This document shows, one piece after another, positions 40,579 to 51,017 of a DNA stretch of 64,000 nt. Position 1 is the first letter of the stretch; each line of letters opens with the position of its first letter. The position numbers were made by a program, and so were the translations under genes. Below the pieces are notes generated by a model. The model was not told the DNA's origin and searched no databases. It was given only the letters and a program-made list of their open reading frames with translations. This DNA is from Candidatus Eiseniibacteriota bacterium (lineage in GTDB: Bacteria; Eisenbacteria; RBG-16-71-46), in contig JBGAML010000002.1 in assembly GCA_044223005.1 (NCBI GenBank), forward strand, positions 273,868 to 337,867, in the 5' to 3' direction.

Positions 40579-42927
40579 ATGACGCTCGAGGATGCGGCCA
40601 CGCGCCACCTGCACGAGGGACTCTGGGGCTGGGATCCGACGCCCGGAATCGTCGCCGTGTGGGCCGAAGCGGGCGGGCGTGCGACCGTGTGGCGGCGGCT
40701 GCCGGATTCGGGCGAACTGGTGCGCGAGGAGGAGCGTTTCCGGCCGTGGGCGCTGCTCGACCGGCTGGACGACCTGCAGCACCTGGGCGAAGCGCTCGCG
40801 CCCGAGGGCGACCGGCGCGCCGCGGTGACGTGGCGCGAACTCGACGGCCCGGGCCAGCTGCGCTTTCGCGTGAGCGCCGACGACGGTCGCATGCTGACGC
40901 GCACGATCCTGCGCGGCGCCTCGGCGCGGCTGGGCCGCGAGGTCGAGAGCCTGCGCGATCTCGGCAAGGAGCACGTGCTCGCGCTGCCGCCCGAGGAGCA
41001 GTACCTCGTCGCCACCGGGCGCACGTACTTCCGCGACCTCGCGTACGACCAGCTCCACCGGCTGCAGTTCGACCTCGAGACGACCGGGCTCTTCGCCGAC
41101 CGCTCGCGCATCTTCATGGTGGCGATCCGGCATCCGGACGGCCGCGAGGAGGTGCTCGACACGCCGCACACCGACGATGCGTCGGAGGCCGACCTGATCC
41201 GGCGGCTGGTCGCGCGCATCACCGCGAGCGACCCGGACGTGATCGAGAACCACAACCTGTTCGGCTTCGACCTGCCGTTCCTGGCCGAGCGCGCGCGCCG
41301 CCTGGGGGTTCCGCTGCCGCTCGGGCGGATCCCGTCGCTGGGCCTGCGATCGCGGCCGACGCGGCGCGACGCGGAGCGCATCGTGATTCCGGGGCGCGAG
41401 TGCATCGACACACTGGACGCGGTGCGCCGGTACGACTTCGCGATCCGCGAGCTGCCGGGCCATGGGCTGAAGGCCGTGGCGAAGCACTTCGGGATCTCCG
41501 GCCCCGAGCGCGTGCTGATCCGCGGCGATCTCATCCACGCGACCTTCCGCACCGACCCCGAGCGCGTGCGCCGTTACGCGACCGCCGACGTGGTCGAGGT
41601 GGCGGCGCTGGCGCGGCTGCTGGGCGGCGCGGCGTTCGCTCTGGCGCAGATCGCGCCGCGGCGCTACGAGAAGCTGGCCGACGCGGGCGCCGCGACGGGC
41701 GTGATCGATCCGCTGCTCGTGCGCGCCTACCTGCGCGCCGGCCATGCGGTGCCCGCGCACGCGCCGAGCGACGGCACGACGCACACGGGCGCGGCGCTGC
41801 ACCTGTTCGCGACCGGCGTCGCGACGCGCGTGGTCAAGGCGGACGTCGCGAGCCTCTATCCGTCGCTCATGCGCGCGTTCCGGATCGGCCCCAAGCGCGA
41901 TCACCTGGGCGCGCTGCTCGCGCTGGTGGACGGGCTCGTCGAGCGCCGGCTCGCCGCCAAGGCGGCGGCGAAGATCGCGCCGCCGGGCTCGGCCGAGCGG
42001 TTCATGCACGAGGCGATGTCGGCGGCGATGAAGCTGGTGGTGAACACCGCCTACGGCTACCTCGCCGCGGGCGGGGAGCTGACGCGTTTCGCCGACGTGC
42101 ACGCCGCCAACGAGGTGACGCGCCGCGGCCGCGAGACGCTGGGCATGATCTGCCGCGAGCTGGCCGCGCGCGGCGTGACACGGCTGGAGGCCGACACGGA
42201 CGGCGTCTACTTCGCGGTGCCGCCGGAATGGACCGAGGCCGACGAGCGCCGCGTCGTCGCCGAGGTCGCGGCGCTGCTGCCGAAGCTCGTGCAGCTCGAG
42301 TTCGAGGGCCGCTACGCCGCGATGCTCTCGCACGAGCCCAAGAACTACGCGCTGCTGGGCTACGACGGCAAGCTCACGCTGCGGGGCGTCGCGTTCCGCT
42401 CGAGCCGCGCCGAACCGTTCGGCGAGGCGTTCCTGCGCCGTGCGGTCGGCTGCCTGCTCGCGGGCGACGTGGCCGGCGTGCGCGAGGCGTACGTGCACAC
42501 GCTCGACGCGCTGGCGGCCCGCGCGTACGCCACGCACGACGTGTCGGCGCGCGTGCGGCTGACCAAGAACGCCGCGCAGTACGCCGCGACACGGGGCTCA
42601 CGCCGCGAGCTGCCGTACGAAGCCATGCTCGCCGCCGGCCGGCGCGAGTGGCGCCGCGGCGAGCGCGTGCGCGTCTACCGCACGCACGGCGGGGGAGCCG
42701 GCTGGGTGCGCGAGCGGCCCACCGCCGACGACCCGCGTGACTACGACGCCGCCCACTACCGGCGCGTGCTGCGGAAGAACTTCGTCGCCCGCCTCGCCCG
42801 CGCGTTCACCCCCGAGGACTTCGCCGCACTCTTCGAAGACCCCACGCAGGGCACGCTCTTCGGCGTCGACAGCACCACGGTGCGCCCAATCCTGCGCGAG
42901 GTGGAGGGCGGGGAGTCGCCGGGGTGA
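40579..42927 (+). CDS. polB: Family B DNA polymerase with 3'-5' exonuclease
   Basis: FDLETTG (ExoI), NHNLFGFDLPFL (ExoII), DVASLYPS, KLVVNTAYG, EADTDG, KNY. Confidence 0.9.
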   Translation: MTLEDAATRHLHEGLWGWDPTPGIVAVWAEAGGRATVWRRLPDSGELVREEERFRPWALLDRLDDLQHLGEALAPEGDRRAAVTWRELDGPGQLRFRVSADDGRMLTRTILRGASARLGREVESLRDLGKEHVLALPPEEQYLVATGRTYFRDLAYDQLHRLQFDLETTGLFADRSRIFMVAIRHPDGREEVLDTPHTDDASEADLIRRLVARITASDPDVIENHNLFGFDLPFLAERARRLGVPLPLGRIPSLGLRSRPTRRDAERIVIPGRECIDTLDAVRRYDFAIRELPGHGLKAVAKHFGISGPERVLIRGDLIHATFRTDPERVRRYATADVVEVAALARLLGGAAFALAQIAPRRYEKLADAGAATGVIDPLLVRAYLRAGHAVPAHAPSDGTTHTGAALHLFATGVATRVVKADVASLYPSLMRAFRIGPKRDHLGALLALVDGLVERRLAAKAAAKIAPPGSAERFMHEAMSAAMKLVVNTAYGYLAAGGELTRFADVHAANEVTRRGRETLGMICRELAARGVTRLEADTDGVYFAVPPEWTEADERRVVAEVAALLPKLVQLEFEGRYAAMLSHEPKNYALLGYDGKLTLRGVAFRSSRAEPFGEAFLRRAVGCLLAGDVAGVREAYVHTLDALAARAYATHDVSARVRLTKNAAQYAATRGSRRELPYEAMLAAGRREWRRGERVRVYRTHGGGAGWVRERPTADDPRDYDAAHYRRVLRKNFVARLARAFTPEDFAALFEDPTQGTLFGVDSTTVRPILREVEGGESPG

Positions 42928-42991
42928 GGTGGCAGGAGTAGGCTCGCGACGCGCGTCTCATCTCTTGCCGTCCCCCGGTCAGGAGTCGGTC

Positions 42992-43975
42992 TTGCGAATC
43001 GCAGTGTTGGGGCTCATCGGTTTCGCCCTCAGTTTTGGGGTCGTCGTGCAATCGGCCGGCGCAGCAGCGCAGCCGGACTCGGTCGTGTCGTACTTCTCGC
43101 GGAGTGCAGATGGCTCGCGCGACGAATGGCGTATCTGGGACTCGCGCACGCGGAGGGACGCGCTCTTCCTATCGACGACGGCCGAGGCGGGATTCGAAGG
43201 CGTGCGCTGGGACAAGACCTTCGATCACGCCTGGTTCTCCAGGGGCGACTCGATCTTCGTCGTTCCATGGCGGATCGGCGCCAGGCCGCACGCCGCGGCA
43301 AGCCTGCCTTCAGGCAGTCCCATCTGGTGGTTCAACGCCGACCTGCGTCGCTGGCAGTGCGTTCGATACCTGCTGTTGGACAGTCGGCGCGGTCCAGTCG
43401 ATTCGCGCGTCGCGGCCGAACTCCTGGACTCGGACTCGACGGGATCGAGTTGGCGCATGGTTCGTCGAGACACCATCAGCCGCGACGAATACGACTCCGA
43501 GTTCGACGTGTCGGATTGGCCGGAAGCTCGCGGAGGGGTACGCACGAACCACACGCGCTCTCCGGAGGATTTGAGAGGGGAGCCCGCCGCCGTCGAGGGT
43601 GGCGACGTGTTCGACACAGCTCAGGTGGTGCTCATCCACGATAGAGCTCTTTCGGACGAAGCGCGCGCGCGCCTCTCGTGGTTCGTGAGCTTTCTCACAA
43701 CTCCCGTCCGCGGCATCAGCTATTCTTCCTTCGAGGCAGGGGCTCCGGAGGAGGACTTCCTCACCGGGCCCATTTGTTACGTCGACCTCGAGCACAGAGT
43801 GAGGCGCTGCCTGACCGAGGCCCCCGCGCGAGGGTTCCTGTTCAGCCAGTACCGGAACTTCATCCTGCTGCCAACGATTCCCGCCCCGGTGATCCTGGAC
43901 GACACAGGGAGGATGCTCCTGCAGATGTCGGAATATGCCAGCGACGCCGTCTGGGTCCCGCGACCGCGGCGCTGA
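42992..43975 (+). CDS. Hypothetical secreted protein, atypical codon usage
   Basis: TTG start after AGGAG; signal-peptide-like N-terminus; no recognised motifs. Confidence 0.5.
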   Translation: MRIAVLGLIGFALSFGVVVQSAGAAAQPDSVVSYFSRSADGSRDEWRIWDSRTRRDALFLSTTAEAGFEGVRWDKTFDHAWFSRGDSIFVVPWRIGARPHAAASLPSGSPIWWFNADLRRWQCVRYLLLDSRRGPVDSRVAAELLDSDSTGSSWRMVRRDTISRDEYDSEFDVSDWPEARGGVRTNHTRSPEDLRGEPAAVEGGDVFDTAQVVLIHDRALSDEARARLSWFVSFLTTPVRGISYSSFEAGAPEEDFLTGPICYVDLEHRVRRCLTEAPARGFLFSQYRNFILLPTIPAPVILDDTGRMLLQMSEYASDAVWVPRPRR

Positions 43976-44014
43976 GATGTCGCCCCGCGTCCCGCGCGCT
44001 GCTACGCTCCACCC

Positions 44015-44530
44015 ATGAAGCCCGAACCGCATCCGCCGACGCCCACGGGGCCGATCGCGCTGAAGCCGATCGGCGTCGTGCGCTCGGAGTTCGTGTCGCC
44101 GGTGGGCACCCCGATCCAGCCCGCGTTCGGCCGCGAAGCGACGGGACAAATCGTGATCGAGCCCGAGTACGAAGCGGCGCTCGACGACATCGAGGGCTAC
44201 GACCGGCTCTGGGTCATCTTCTGGATGACGGGCGTGCGCGGGTGGAAGCCGCGCGTCGTGCCCTACCACGACACGCGTGAGCACGGCCTCTTCGCCACGC
44301 GTTCGCCGGCGCGGCCCAACCCGATCGGCATCTCACCGGTGCGGCTCGTGCGCCGCGAAGGCCGTGTGCTGCACATCGCCGAACTCGACATCCTGGACGG
44401 CACGCCGGTGCTGGACCTGAAGCCCTACGTGCCGGAGTTCGACGCGCACCCGGATGCCCGCTCGGGCTGGTTCGGCGAGGCACGCGGCGGCCGCGGCACC
44501 GCGGACGAGCGCTTCCACGAGGAGAAGTAA
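44015..44530 (+). CDS. tsaA: tRNA m6t6A37 methyltransferase TrmO
   Basis: PIGVVRS, GLFATRSPARPNPIGIS, LDILDGTPVLDLKPY. Confidence 0.92.
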   Translation: MKPEPHPPTPTGPIALKPIGVVRSEFVSPVGTPIQPAFGREATGQIVIEPEYEAALDDIEGYDRLWVIFWMTGVRGWKPRVVPYHDTREHGLFATRSPARPNPIGISPVRLVRREGRVLHIAELDILDGTPVLDLKPYVPEFDAHPDARSGWFGEARGGRGTADERFHEEK

Positions 44531-44678
44531 CGCCCCTGCCGCGCGGCGGGCGCATTCCGCTCTTGCCTCGGGCGCCCTCGACTCGGCAGCATGTTCGCCC
44601 CGGCGGCAGCGCTCGCGCGTCCCGCCGGGACGAGCCGCACCCGACGCCGTCCGTCCCACCTCCGCGGGAGCCCTGCGA

Positions 44679-45914
44679 GTGAACGCCCTCGATCCCCGTC
44701 GCACGATCGCCGAACTGAAGGAACTCCGCAGCTTTTCCGCCGACGAGAACGGCGCGCAGCGCATCGCGTTCACGCCCATGTGGTCCAAGGTGCGCGAGTG
44801 GCTCAAGTCCAAGCTGGCGACGCTGCCGGTCGAGACGCACGTGGACGCGGCGGGCAACCTCTGGAGCACGTTGAAGGGCCGCTCCGAAAAGTGCGTGCTG
44901 ATCGGCGGCCACATGGACTCGGTCCCCAATGGTGGCTGGCTGGACGGCTGCCTGAACGTGCTCGCGGGGCTCGAGGTGCTGCGCCGCATCGATGCCGAGT
45001 ACGACCACGTGCCGCCCGTCACGGTGCGGCTCGTCGACTGGGCCGACGAAGAGGGCGCGCGTTTCGGCAAGAGCCTGTTCGGCTCGTCGGCGTGCTCGGG
45101 CAACCTCGACGTCGCCGAGGCGCGCGGCCTCGTGGATCGCGACGGCATCCGGCTGCCGGATGCGCTCAAGAACGTCGGCATCGACTTCGAGAAGGTGACC
45201 GAGAGCGGCCGCGAACTGAAGAACGCCGTCGCCTACCTCGAGCTGCACATCGAGCAGGGGCCGGTGCTGCTCGACCTGGACCTGCCGCTCGGCGTGGTGC
45301 TCGGCACCTACGGCGTCGAGCGTCACGCGATCACGTTCCACGGCCAGGCGGCGCACTCGGGCAGCACGCCCATGAACCGCCGCCGCGACGCGTTCCTCGC
45401 CGCGGCCAGGATGTCACCCGAGATCTACGCGATCGCCGGCCGCCAGGGTGGCGTGGGCACGATCGGCTCGTGCACGACCAAGCCCGGCATCGTGACGAGC
45501 GTGGTCGAGGAGTGCCGCATCACGCTCGACCAGCGCCACCTCGACGCCGCCGCGCTCGCGCGCGCGCTCGCCGAGGCGCGGGCCGCGAGCGAGCGGTTCG
45601 CGAAGGAGGGCAACGTCGAGGTGGCGTGGAACCGGCTCTGGAGCATCGAGCCGGTGCTGTTCGATCCGCAGCTGCTCGGCTTCTGCGAGCAGGCGATCGC
45701 CGAGACGTGCGGCGAGGTCCACAAGCTGCCCTCGGGCCCGCTGCACGACGCAGCCGAGGTGGCTCGCGCGGGAGTGCCGACGGTGATGATGTTCGTGCAG
45801 AGCCTGCACGGCATCAGCCACAACAAGATCGAGGACACGAAGGAAGAGCACCTGGAGCTCTGCGTGCGCGCCTTCGACCGCCTCGCCGAGAAGACGATCC
45901 GCGCCCACGCCTGA
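44679..45914 (+). CDS. M20 Zn-dependent hydantoinase/carbamoylase-family amidohydrolase
   Basis: GGHMDSVPNGG, DEEGARFG, YLELHIEQGP, AAHSGSTPM, SGPLHDA, GISHN. Confidence 0.9.
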   Translation: MNALDPRRTIAELKELRSFSADENGAQRIAFTPMWSKVREWLKSKLATLPVETHVDAAGNLWSTLKGRSEKCVLIGGHMDSVPNGGWLDGCLNVLAGLEVLRRIDAEYDHVPPVTVRLVDWADEEGARFGKSLFGSSACSGNLDVAEARGLVDRDGIRLPDALKNVGIDFEKVTESGRELKNAVAYLELHIEQGPVLLDLDLPLGVVLGTYGVERHAITFHGQAAHSGSTPMNRRRDAFLAAARMSPEIYAIAGRQGGVGTIGSCTTKPGIVTSVVEECRITLDQRHLDAAALARALAEARAASERFAKEGNVEVAWNRLWSIEPVLFDPQLLGFCEQAIAETCGEVHKLPSGPLHDAAEVARAGVPTVMMFVQSLHGISHNKIEDTKEEHLELCVRAFDRLAEKTIRAHA

Positions 45915-45943
45915 CCGGCGCCGGCGCGCCCTCGACGCAACGT

Positions 45944-45967
45944 CCGCCCGGCCTCGCGGCCGGGCGG
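45944..45967. terminator. Hairpin between convergent genes
   Basis: CCGCCCGGCC-TCGC-GGCCGGGCGG. Confidence 0.5.
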
Positions 45968-45990
45968 GTGTTCGTGCGTTCGGAGCGGCG

Positions 45991-46689
45991 TCAGTGCGCG
46001 GGCGCGTTCTTCGGCGGCAGCGAGTAGCAGTAGGCCGGATACCCCGGCACCGCGTCGCGCACGCGCCGGTAGATCGTGGCGCCGCGCTGTTGCGTCTGCT
46101 GGAAGTGCGTCACGATCTCGAAGCCATTGAGCTCCGCCACGGTGTTGAGCCATCCGGTCGAGAGCATGTAGAGGTTGGTCGGATCGTTGTTCACCGAGCC
46201 CGGCGGCAGCAGCAGCAGGATCGGGTCCGGCACGTCGAGGATCAGGCCCTCGAACGCGACGATGTCGCGCGACATCTGGAACGCGTTGATCGCCGCGGTG
46301 AGCGGATCGTTGACGTGGTAGAGCACGCCGTAGCAGAGCACCACGTCGAACTGCTCGTCGAGCGGCTGGTAGATCGAGCGCTTCACGAACTCGACGCGGC
46401 TCCGGAAGTGGTCGTGCAGGAAGTCGAAGCCGTCGGTGCCGCCCCAGCGCACGTCGGGGTCGTCCATCGCGACCACGCGCGACGCGCCCCGCTGCTCGGC
46501 GCGGAAGCTGAAGTAGCCGTCCCAGCAGCCGATGTCGAGCACCGACTTGCCGGTCAGGTCGAGCGACGGAAAGAGGAACACGTCCTCGAGCCGGCTGACG
46601 TCCGAGAGGCCCGGGGTGAAGCGCCCGTCGCCGAGCGGAACCCGATGCCACCACTGGATTTCGTCGATTCCCTTGAGCGTCTGCTTCAT
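45991..46689 (-). CDS. Class I SAM-dependent methyltransferase (DUF1698/CmoB-like)
   Basis: WWHRVPLG...TPG, VLDIGCWDGYFSF, FDVVLCYGVLYH. Confidence 0.85.
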   Translation of the reverse strand: MKQTLKGIDEIQWWHRVPLGDGRFTPGLSDVSRLEDVFLFPSLDLTGKSVLDIGCWDGYFSFRAEQRGASRVVAMDDPDVRWGGTDGFDFLHDHFRSRVEFVKRSIYQPLDEQFDVVLCYGVLYHVNDPLTAAINAFQMSRDIVAFEGLILDVPDPILLLLPPGSVNNDPTNLYMLSTGWLNTVAELNGFEIVTHFQQTQQRGATIYRRVRDAVPGYPAYCYSLPPKNAPAH

Positions 46690-46983
46690 GCGATCCCCCT
46701 CGGACGCGGTTCTGCCGCGATCGCGCACCCCGGCGGCGGCCGTCGTGGCCGGGCCGAGACACGCGGGGGTTTTCGGCGCCTCGGGGCGGCGGCTGCACCC
46801 TCGCGAGAAGCCGCTCGCGACGGCGCCATTCCGCGCGAGTCCGGCCGCCGGGTCGCGCATCGGAAGCAGTCCCCGGCCGTCTTCACGCGCGTTCCCGCTG
46901 CGGTGGTCCATCCTCCCCGGCGCGTCGCGGACGCGGCCCGTCCGGCCGCACCGGACCCCACCCGCGCACCAGGAGTTCCCGCC

Positions 46984-48240
46984 GTGTCCCGATTCTCCCG
47001 AGCGCCGCTCGCGCTCGCGCTGCTGCTCGCCTCCGCGTCACCCGCCGCCGCGCAGTGGTCGCGCGTCACCGACCTGCCCGCCACCACGATGTACGCCGTG
47101 CGCGTGGTGGGCGACACGATCACCGCGAGCGGCGACAGCACGGTGCACGTGAGCACCGACGGCGGCGTCACGTGGACGCACTCCGCCGTCGTCGCACCGG
47201 GCGTGACGAGCGTGCAGGTGACGCTGGTGCGCGACCACCGGCTTTATGCCGCTACGTACGGCAACGGCGTCTTCACGAGCGACGACCTCGGCGTTTCGTG
47301 GCAGCCCTACAACACCGGGCTCGTCGGCGGCTTCTTCGATTCGCAGCTCGACGTGGTCGACATGGTCTTCCGCGGCGACAGCCTCGTCGCGGCGACGGCG
47401 GGATCGGGCGCGTGGGTGCGAAGCGTGCGCGGCGGGGGATGGTCGCCGTTCGGCAACGTGTTCGAACCCAACCAGTCGTCGAACATGAACGCCGTCGCCT
47501 CCAACGGCACGCAGCTCTTCGCGTGCGCGGGCTTCAACGGAAACGCGTTCTGGCGCGACCCCGGCGATCCCGACTGGACGATCACGTGGCTCGACAACGT
47601 CGGCATCCTCGCCGGGCTCGCGCCGCTGTCGGCGATCTGGACGGGCCACCGCTGGGTGGTCGGCACCAACCGCTGGGTGTTCCGCAGCGCCACCGGGCAC
47701 GAGCCGTGGTCACTCGCCGATCCGGGGCTCGGCACGTTGTTCATGACGTCGTTCGCGCAGCGGGGGAGCGATCTCTTCGGCGCGTTCACGGTGCCCAACT
47801 TCACCGAGATCATGACCAGCCGCGACGAGGGCGCGACGTGGCAGCCGCTCGACGACCAGCCGGGCGTGTTCGTCTTCAACCTCGCGCGCCGGGGCTCGGA
47901 TCTCTACGCCGCGCGCGCCGACGGACTCTGGAAGCGCTCGATCGCCGACGTCTCCGCGCCCGGCGCGGTGCCGCCCGCGCGGCTCCGGCTGGCGCTGGCG
48001 GCCGGCCAGCCGGTGGGCGACAACGTGCGCCTGCGCATCGAGATGCCCGGCCCGGGTCGCGTGACGCTCGAAGTCTTCGACCTCGCCGGCCGGCGCGTCG
48101 CCGCGCTCGCCGAGGCGGCGGCCCCGGCGGGTGCGTACGAGGTCTCGCTCGATCTGCGTGCGCTGCCCGCCGGCGTCTACCTGGCGCGCGCGAGCGTGGC
48201 CGGCGAACAGGCCGGCACGCGGCTCGTGCGCGTTCGGTAG
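46984..48240 (+). CDS. Secreted BNR/Asp-box propeller protein with CTD-like tail
   Basis: AGGAG RBS; STDGGVTW, SDDLGVSW, SRDEGATW; FDLAGRRV...AGVYLAR. Confidence 0.8.
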   Translation: MSRFSRAPLALALLLASASPAAAQWSRVTDLPATTMYAVRVVGDTITASGDSTVHVSTDGGVTWTHSAVVAPGVTSVQVTLVRDHRLYAATYGNGVFTSDDLGVSWQPYNTGLVGGFFDSQLDVVDMVFRGDSLVAATAGSGAWVRSVRGGGWSPFGNVFEPNQSSNMNAVASNGTQLFACAGFNGNAFWRDPGDPDWTITWLDNVGILAGLAPLSAIWTGHRWVVGTNRWVFRSATGHEPWSLADPGLGTLFMTSFAQRGSDLFGAFTVPNFTEIMTSRDEGATWQPLDDQPGVFVFNLARRGSDLYAARADGLWKRSIADVSAPGAVPPARLRLALAAGQPVGDNVRLRIEMPGPGRVTLEVFDLAGRRVAALAEAAAPAGAYEVSLDLRALPAGVYLARASVAGEQAGTRLVRVR

Positions 48241-48256
48241 CGGCGGTGGCGCCGGG

Positions 48257-49678
48257 TCACTCGCTCCAGACCAGGCGCCGCGTTTCGCTGAGCGGGCCGG
48301 CCTCGAGCCGCGCGAAGTAGACGCCCGGGCTCGCCGCGGTGCCCTGCTCGGTGCGGCCGTTCCATTCGAGCGAGTAGGCGCCCGCGGCGTGGAAGCCGTG
48401 CGCGAGCCGCGCGACGGTGCGGCCCTGCGTGTCATAGAGCGTGAGGCTCGCGTCGCCGTCGTGCGGCAGCGCGAACGCGAGCTGGACGCGGCCGAATGCG
48501 GGATTGGGCGTAGGCGCGGCGAGCGCGCGCGTCGCGGGCGCGGAGCCGACGGCGAGCGTCGAGGCCTGCGGCAGGAGCACGACCGCGCGCGAGATGCCGC
48601 CCTGCGTCGCCGTCGCGAGGATCCAGCCGTCGGCGTTCATGTCGGCCACGTCGGTCAGCGTCCAGCCGGCGCCGCTCGCGTCGAGGCAGGCGCCGAGGTC
48701 GAAGATCGCGCCGTCGCGCCAGAGTACGATGCGCGTCTGCAGCGCGACCCACGGGAACACGGTCACGTCGATGAGTGACGACGAACCGAGCACGGTCGCG
48801 CCGTCGGCGCTGACGACCTGCGCGCGGGATTCGTTGTAGCCCGGCCACATCGGCAGCTCCGTCGGCGTGTGCAGCGTGTCGCGCGACCAGCGGGTCGCCC
48901 GGTCCAGCCCGAACGGATACATGGTGTAGCCCACGGCGTCGCCGGCGTCGTTCCAGTCGCCGGGCATGCTCTGGTTCGAGTTCGCGAGCGGCTCGAGCAG
49001 CACGGGTGTGTGCCCGGCGTCCGCGAGCCAGAGCGAGGCGCGATCGCCGATGCCGAGATTGGTGCGGCCGAAGACGCGTCCCGAGGCGTCGATCGCTTGC
49101 GCCTCGGTCCAGCCGAAGACGGGATCGCCGCTCGGGTGCATCGGCAGGAAGGAGCGGTCGAACCGGCCGGGCTGGCCGGCGCGCTCGACCCAGATGGCGG
49201 CGTTCCAACCGCCGCCACCGCCGCTCTTGGTGATCATCCCGCAGATGGTGCCGGCGTCGTTCACGTCGAACGCATAGACGTTGGCGTTGCCGTCGCCGCC
49301 GCGGTCGAGATCGAGGATGTCGCCGGCGCGCCAGAGGATCGGCCGCGGCTGCGGGTCGGCGGTGTTGCTCCAGCCGACGATCCAGCCGCCGGCGTTCATG
49401 CCGCTCGAGAAGCTGCCGTCGAAGCCGGTGAGCCCGAGCAGGTCGGTGACCGAGACGACGCCGCCCTGCGCGGTGAGGTCCCAGCGCGTCGCGTGGCCGC
49501 CGAACGTGCCCGGGAGGTCCGTACCCCCGAGCACCGTGGGACCCGGGCCGAAGTGGCGCGGCACCGACGACGTGCCGCCCGGCAGCATGCCGAGATCGAC
49601 CAGGTGGTAGAGCGGGGCGGCGGACGCGGCGGCGGCGAAGGCGAGCGCGACGGCGGCGAGGACGGCGGTGCGGCGCAT
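48257..49678 (-). CDS. Secreted HAF-repeat-like protein with FlgD-Ig/CTD-like tail
   Basis: GGAGG RBS; DLG.LPGG, MNAGGWIVG, VNDAGTICG repeats; PNP...YDTQGR...WNG. Confidence 0.75.
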   Translation of the reverse strand: MRRTAVLAAVALAFAAAASAAPLYHLVDLGMLPGGTSSVPRHFGPGPTVLGGTDLPGTFGGHATRWDLTAQGGVVSVTDLLGLTGFDGSFSSGMNAGGWIVGWSNTADPQPRPILWRAGDILDLDRGGDGNANVYAFDVNDAGTICGMITKSGGGGGWNAAIWVERAGQPGRFDRSFLPMHPSGDPVFGWTEAQAIDASGRVFGRTNLGIGDRASLWLADAGHTPVLLEPLANSNQSMPGDWNDAGDAVGYTMYPFGLDRATRWSRDTLHTPTELPMWPGYNESRAQVVSADGATVLGSSSLIDVTVFPWVALQTRIVLWRDGAIFDLGACLDASGAGWTLTDVADMNADGWILATATQGGISRAVVLLPQASTLAVGSAPATRALAAPTPNPAFGRVQLAFALPHDGDASLTLYDTQGRTVARLAHGFHAAGAYSLEWNGRTEQGTAASPGVYFARLEAGPLSETRRLVWSE

Positions 49679-49984
49679 GTTCTCCTCCGGGAGGGTTCGG
49701 CGCGGACGGGGGAGGTCGCGCCGGAGAAACGTGTTCAAACTTACAAGTGGAGGAGGATGGATATCGGGCTTACGCGCGGCGCACGCGCGCGTGACCTCCC
49801 GCTGCCCCACAGGTCGCCCGGCGCCCCGGGCCGGTTCGGCGGTGCGAAACCGCGCCCCCGGCGCGGCGCGTGCCCGCCGCCGCGTGCCGGTGCTATCGTC
49901 GCCCGGATCGCGCGCGGCCCACCCGTGGCCGCGCACCGTGCGTCGTTCCGCCGCGGCCCGCCGCGGCACACCGGAGGGTCGCGG

Positions 49985-50998
49985 ATGCGTCGCGTCGTGG
50001 GCTGTGTGCTGGCGGTGCTGGTCGCGCTGGCGATGGGAACCGGGGTCGCGCAGTCGGCGCGCCCGAAGATCGGGCTCTCGCTGCCGACGCAGCGCGAGGA
50101 ACGCTGGGTGCGCGACAAGCAGGCGATGGAGGCCGAGGCCGCGCGGCTCGGGATCGACCTGCGCGTGCAGGTCACGGACAACGACGCGGCGCGGCAGATG
50201 GCCCAGTGCGAGAACCTGATCGCGCAGGGCGTGCAGGTGCTGATCCTCGCGCCGCACGACGCCTCGAGCGCCTCGGCGATCGTCGAGAAGGCGGCGCGCG
50301 CGGGCATCCCGGTCATCAGCTACGACCGCCTCGTCACCGATTCGCCGCGCGACTACTGGTACCTGTCGTTCGACAACGTGAAGGTGGGCGAGCTGCAGGG
50401 CGAGTTCCTCGCGAGCCGCGTGGCGAAGGGCAACATCGTCGTGCTGTCGGGTTCGCCGACGGACAACAACGCGAAGCTCTTCCGCCAGGGCGCGATGAAC
50501 GCGCTCGCGGCCAAGATCAAGAGCGGCGCGTTCAAGGTGGTCATGGACCAGCCCGTCCGCGACTGGCAGCCCGCCGAGGCGCAGCGGCTCATGGAGCAGG
50601 CGCTGACCGCCAACGCCAACCACGTCGACGGTGTGCTCGCGCCCAACGACGGCACCGCGGGCGGCGCGATCCAGGCGCTGGCCGCGCAGCACCTCGCCGG
50701 CAAGGTGCCCGTGACGGGGCAGGACGCCGAGGTCGCGGGTGCGATTCGCGTCGTGCAGGGCACGCAGAGCATGACCGTGTTCAAGGACACGCGCCTGCTC
50801 GCGAAGCAGGCGATCGCCATGGCGCTCGCGCTGGTGCAGAAGAAGCCGATCGACACCGGCGGCCGCACCGTGAGCAACAACAAGCACCCGATCCCGTCGG
50901 TGCTGCTCACCCCGAAGGTGGTGACGCGCGAGAACCTCGACGCGGTGCTGATCGCCTCGGGGTACCTGCGACGCGAGCAGGTCTACCGCAAGCCGTGA
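49985..50998 (+). CDS. xylF: Sugar (xylose-type) ABC transporter substrate-binding protein
   Basis: ERWVRD, ISYDRL, SFDNVKVGELQG, GSPTDNNA, APNDGTAGG, TGQDA. Confidence 0.85.
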   Translation: MRRVVGCVLAVLVALAMGTGVAQSARPKIGLSLPTQREERWVRDKQAMEAEAARLGIDLRVQVTDNDAARQMAQCENLIAQGVQVLILAPHDASSASAIVEKAARAGIPVISYDRLVTDSPRDYWYLSFDNVKVGELQGEFLASRVAKGNIVVLSGSPTDNNAKLFRQGAMNALAAKIKSGAFKVVMDQPVRDWQPAEAQRLMEQALTANANHVDGVLAPNDGTAGGAIQALAAQHLAGKVPVTGQDAEVAGAIRVVQGTQSMTVFKDTRLLAKQAIAMALALVQKKPIDTGGRTVSNNKHPIPSVLLTPKVVTRENLDAVLIASGYLRREQVYRKP

Positions 50999-51017
50999 CG
51001 GCGGAGCGCCGGATCCC

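Noticed and set aside
37522..42537. Very long alternative-frame ORFs (1671 aa here; also 31151-34342, 34138-37020, 55765-59133 and many others)
   Set aside because: Arg/Ala/Gly-rich shadow frames of well-supported genes, expected in high-GC DNA with few stops.
40579..42927. PolB as a pipolin, casposon or phage replicase
   Set aside because: No integrase, cas1, terminal repeats or att sites seen; codon style matches the host.
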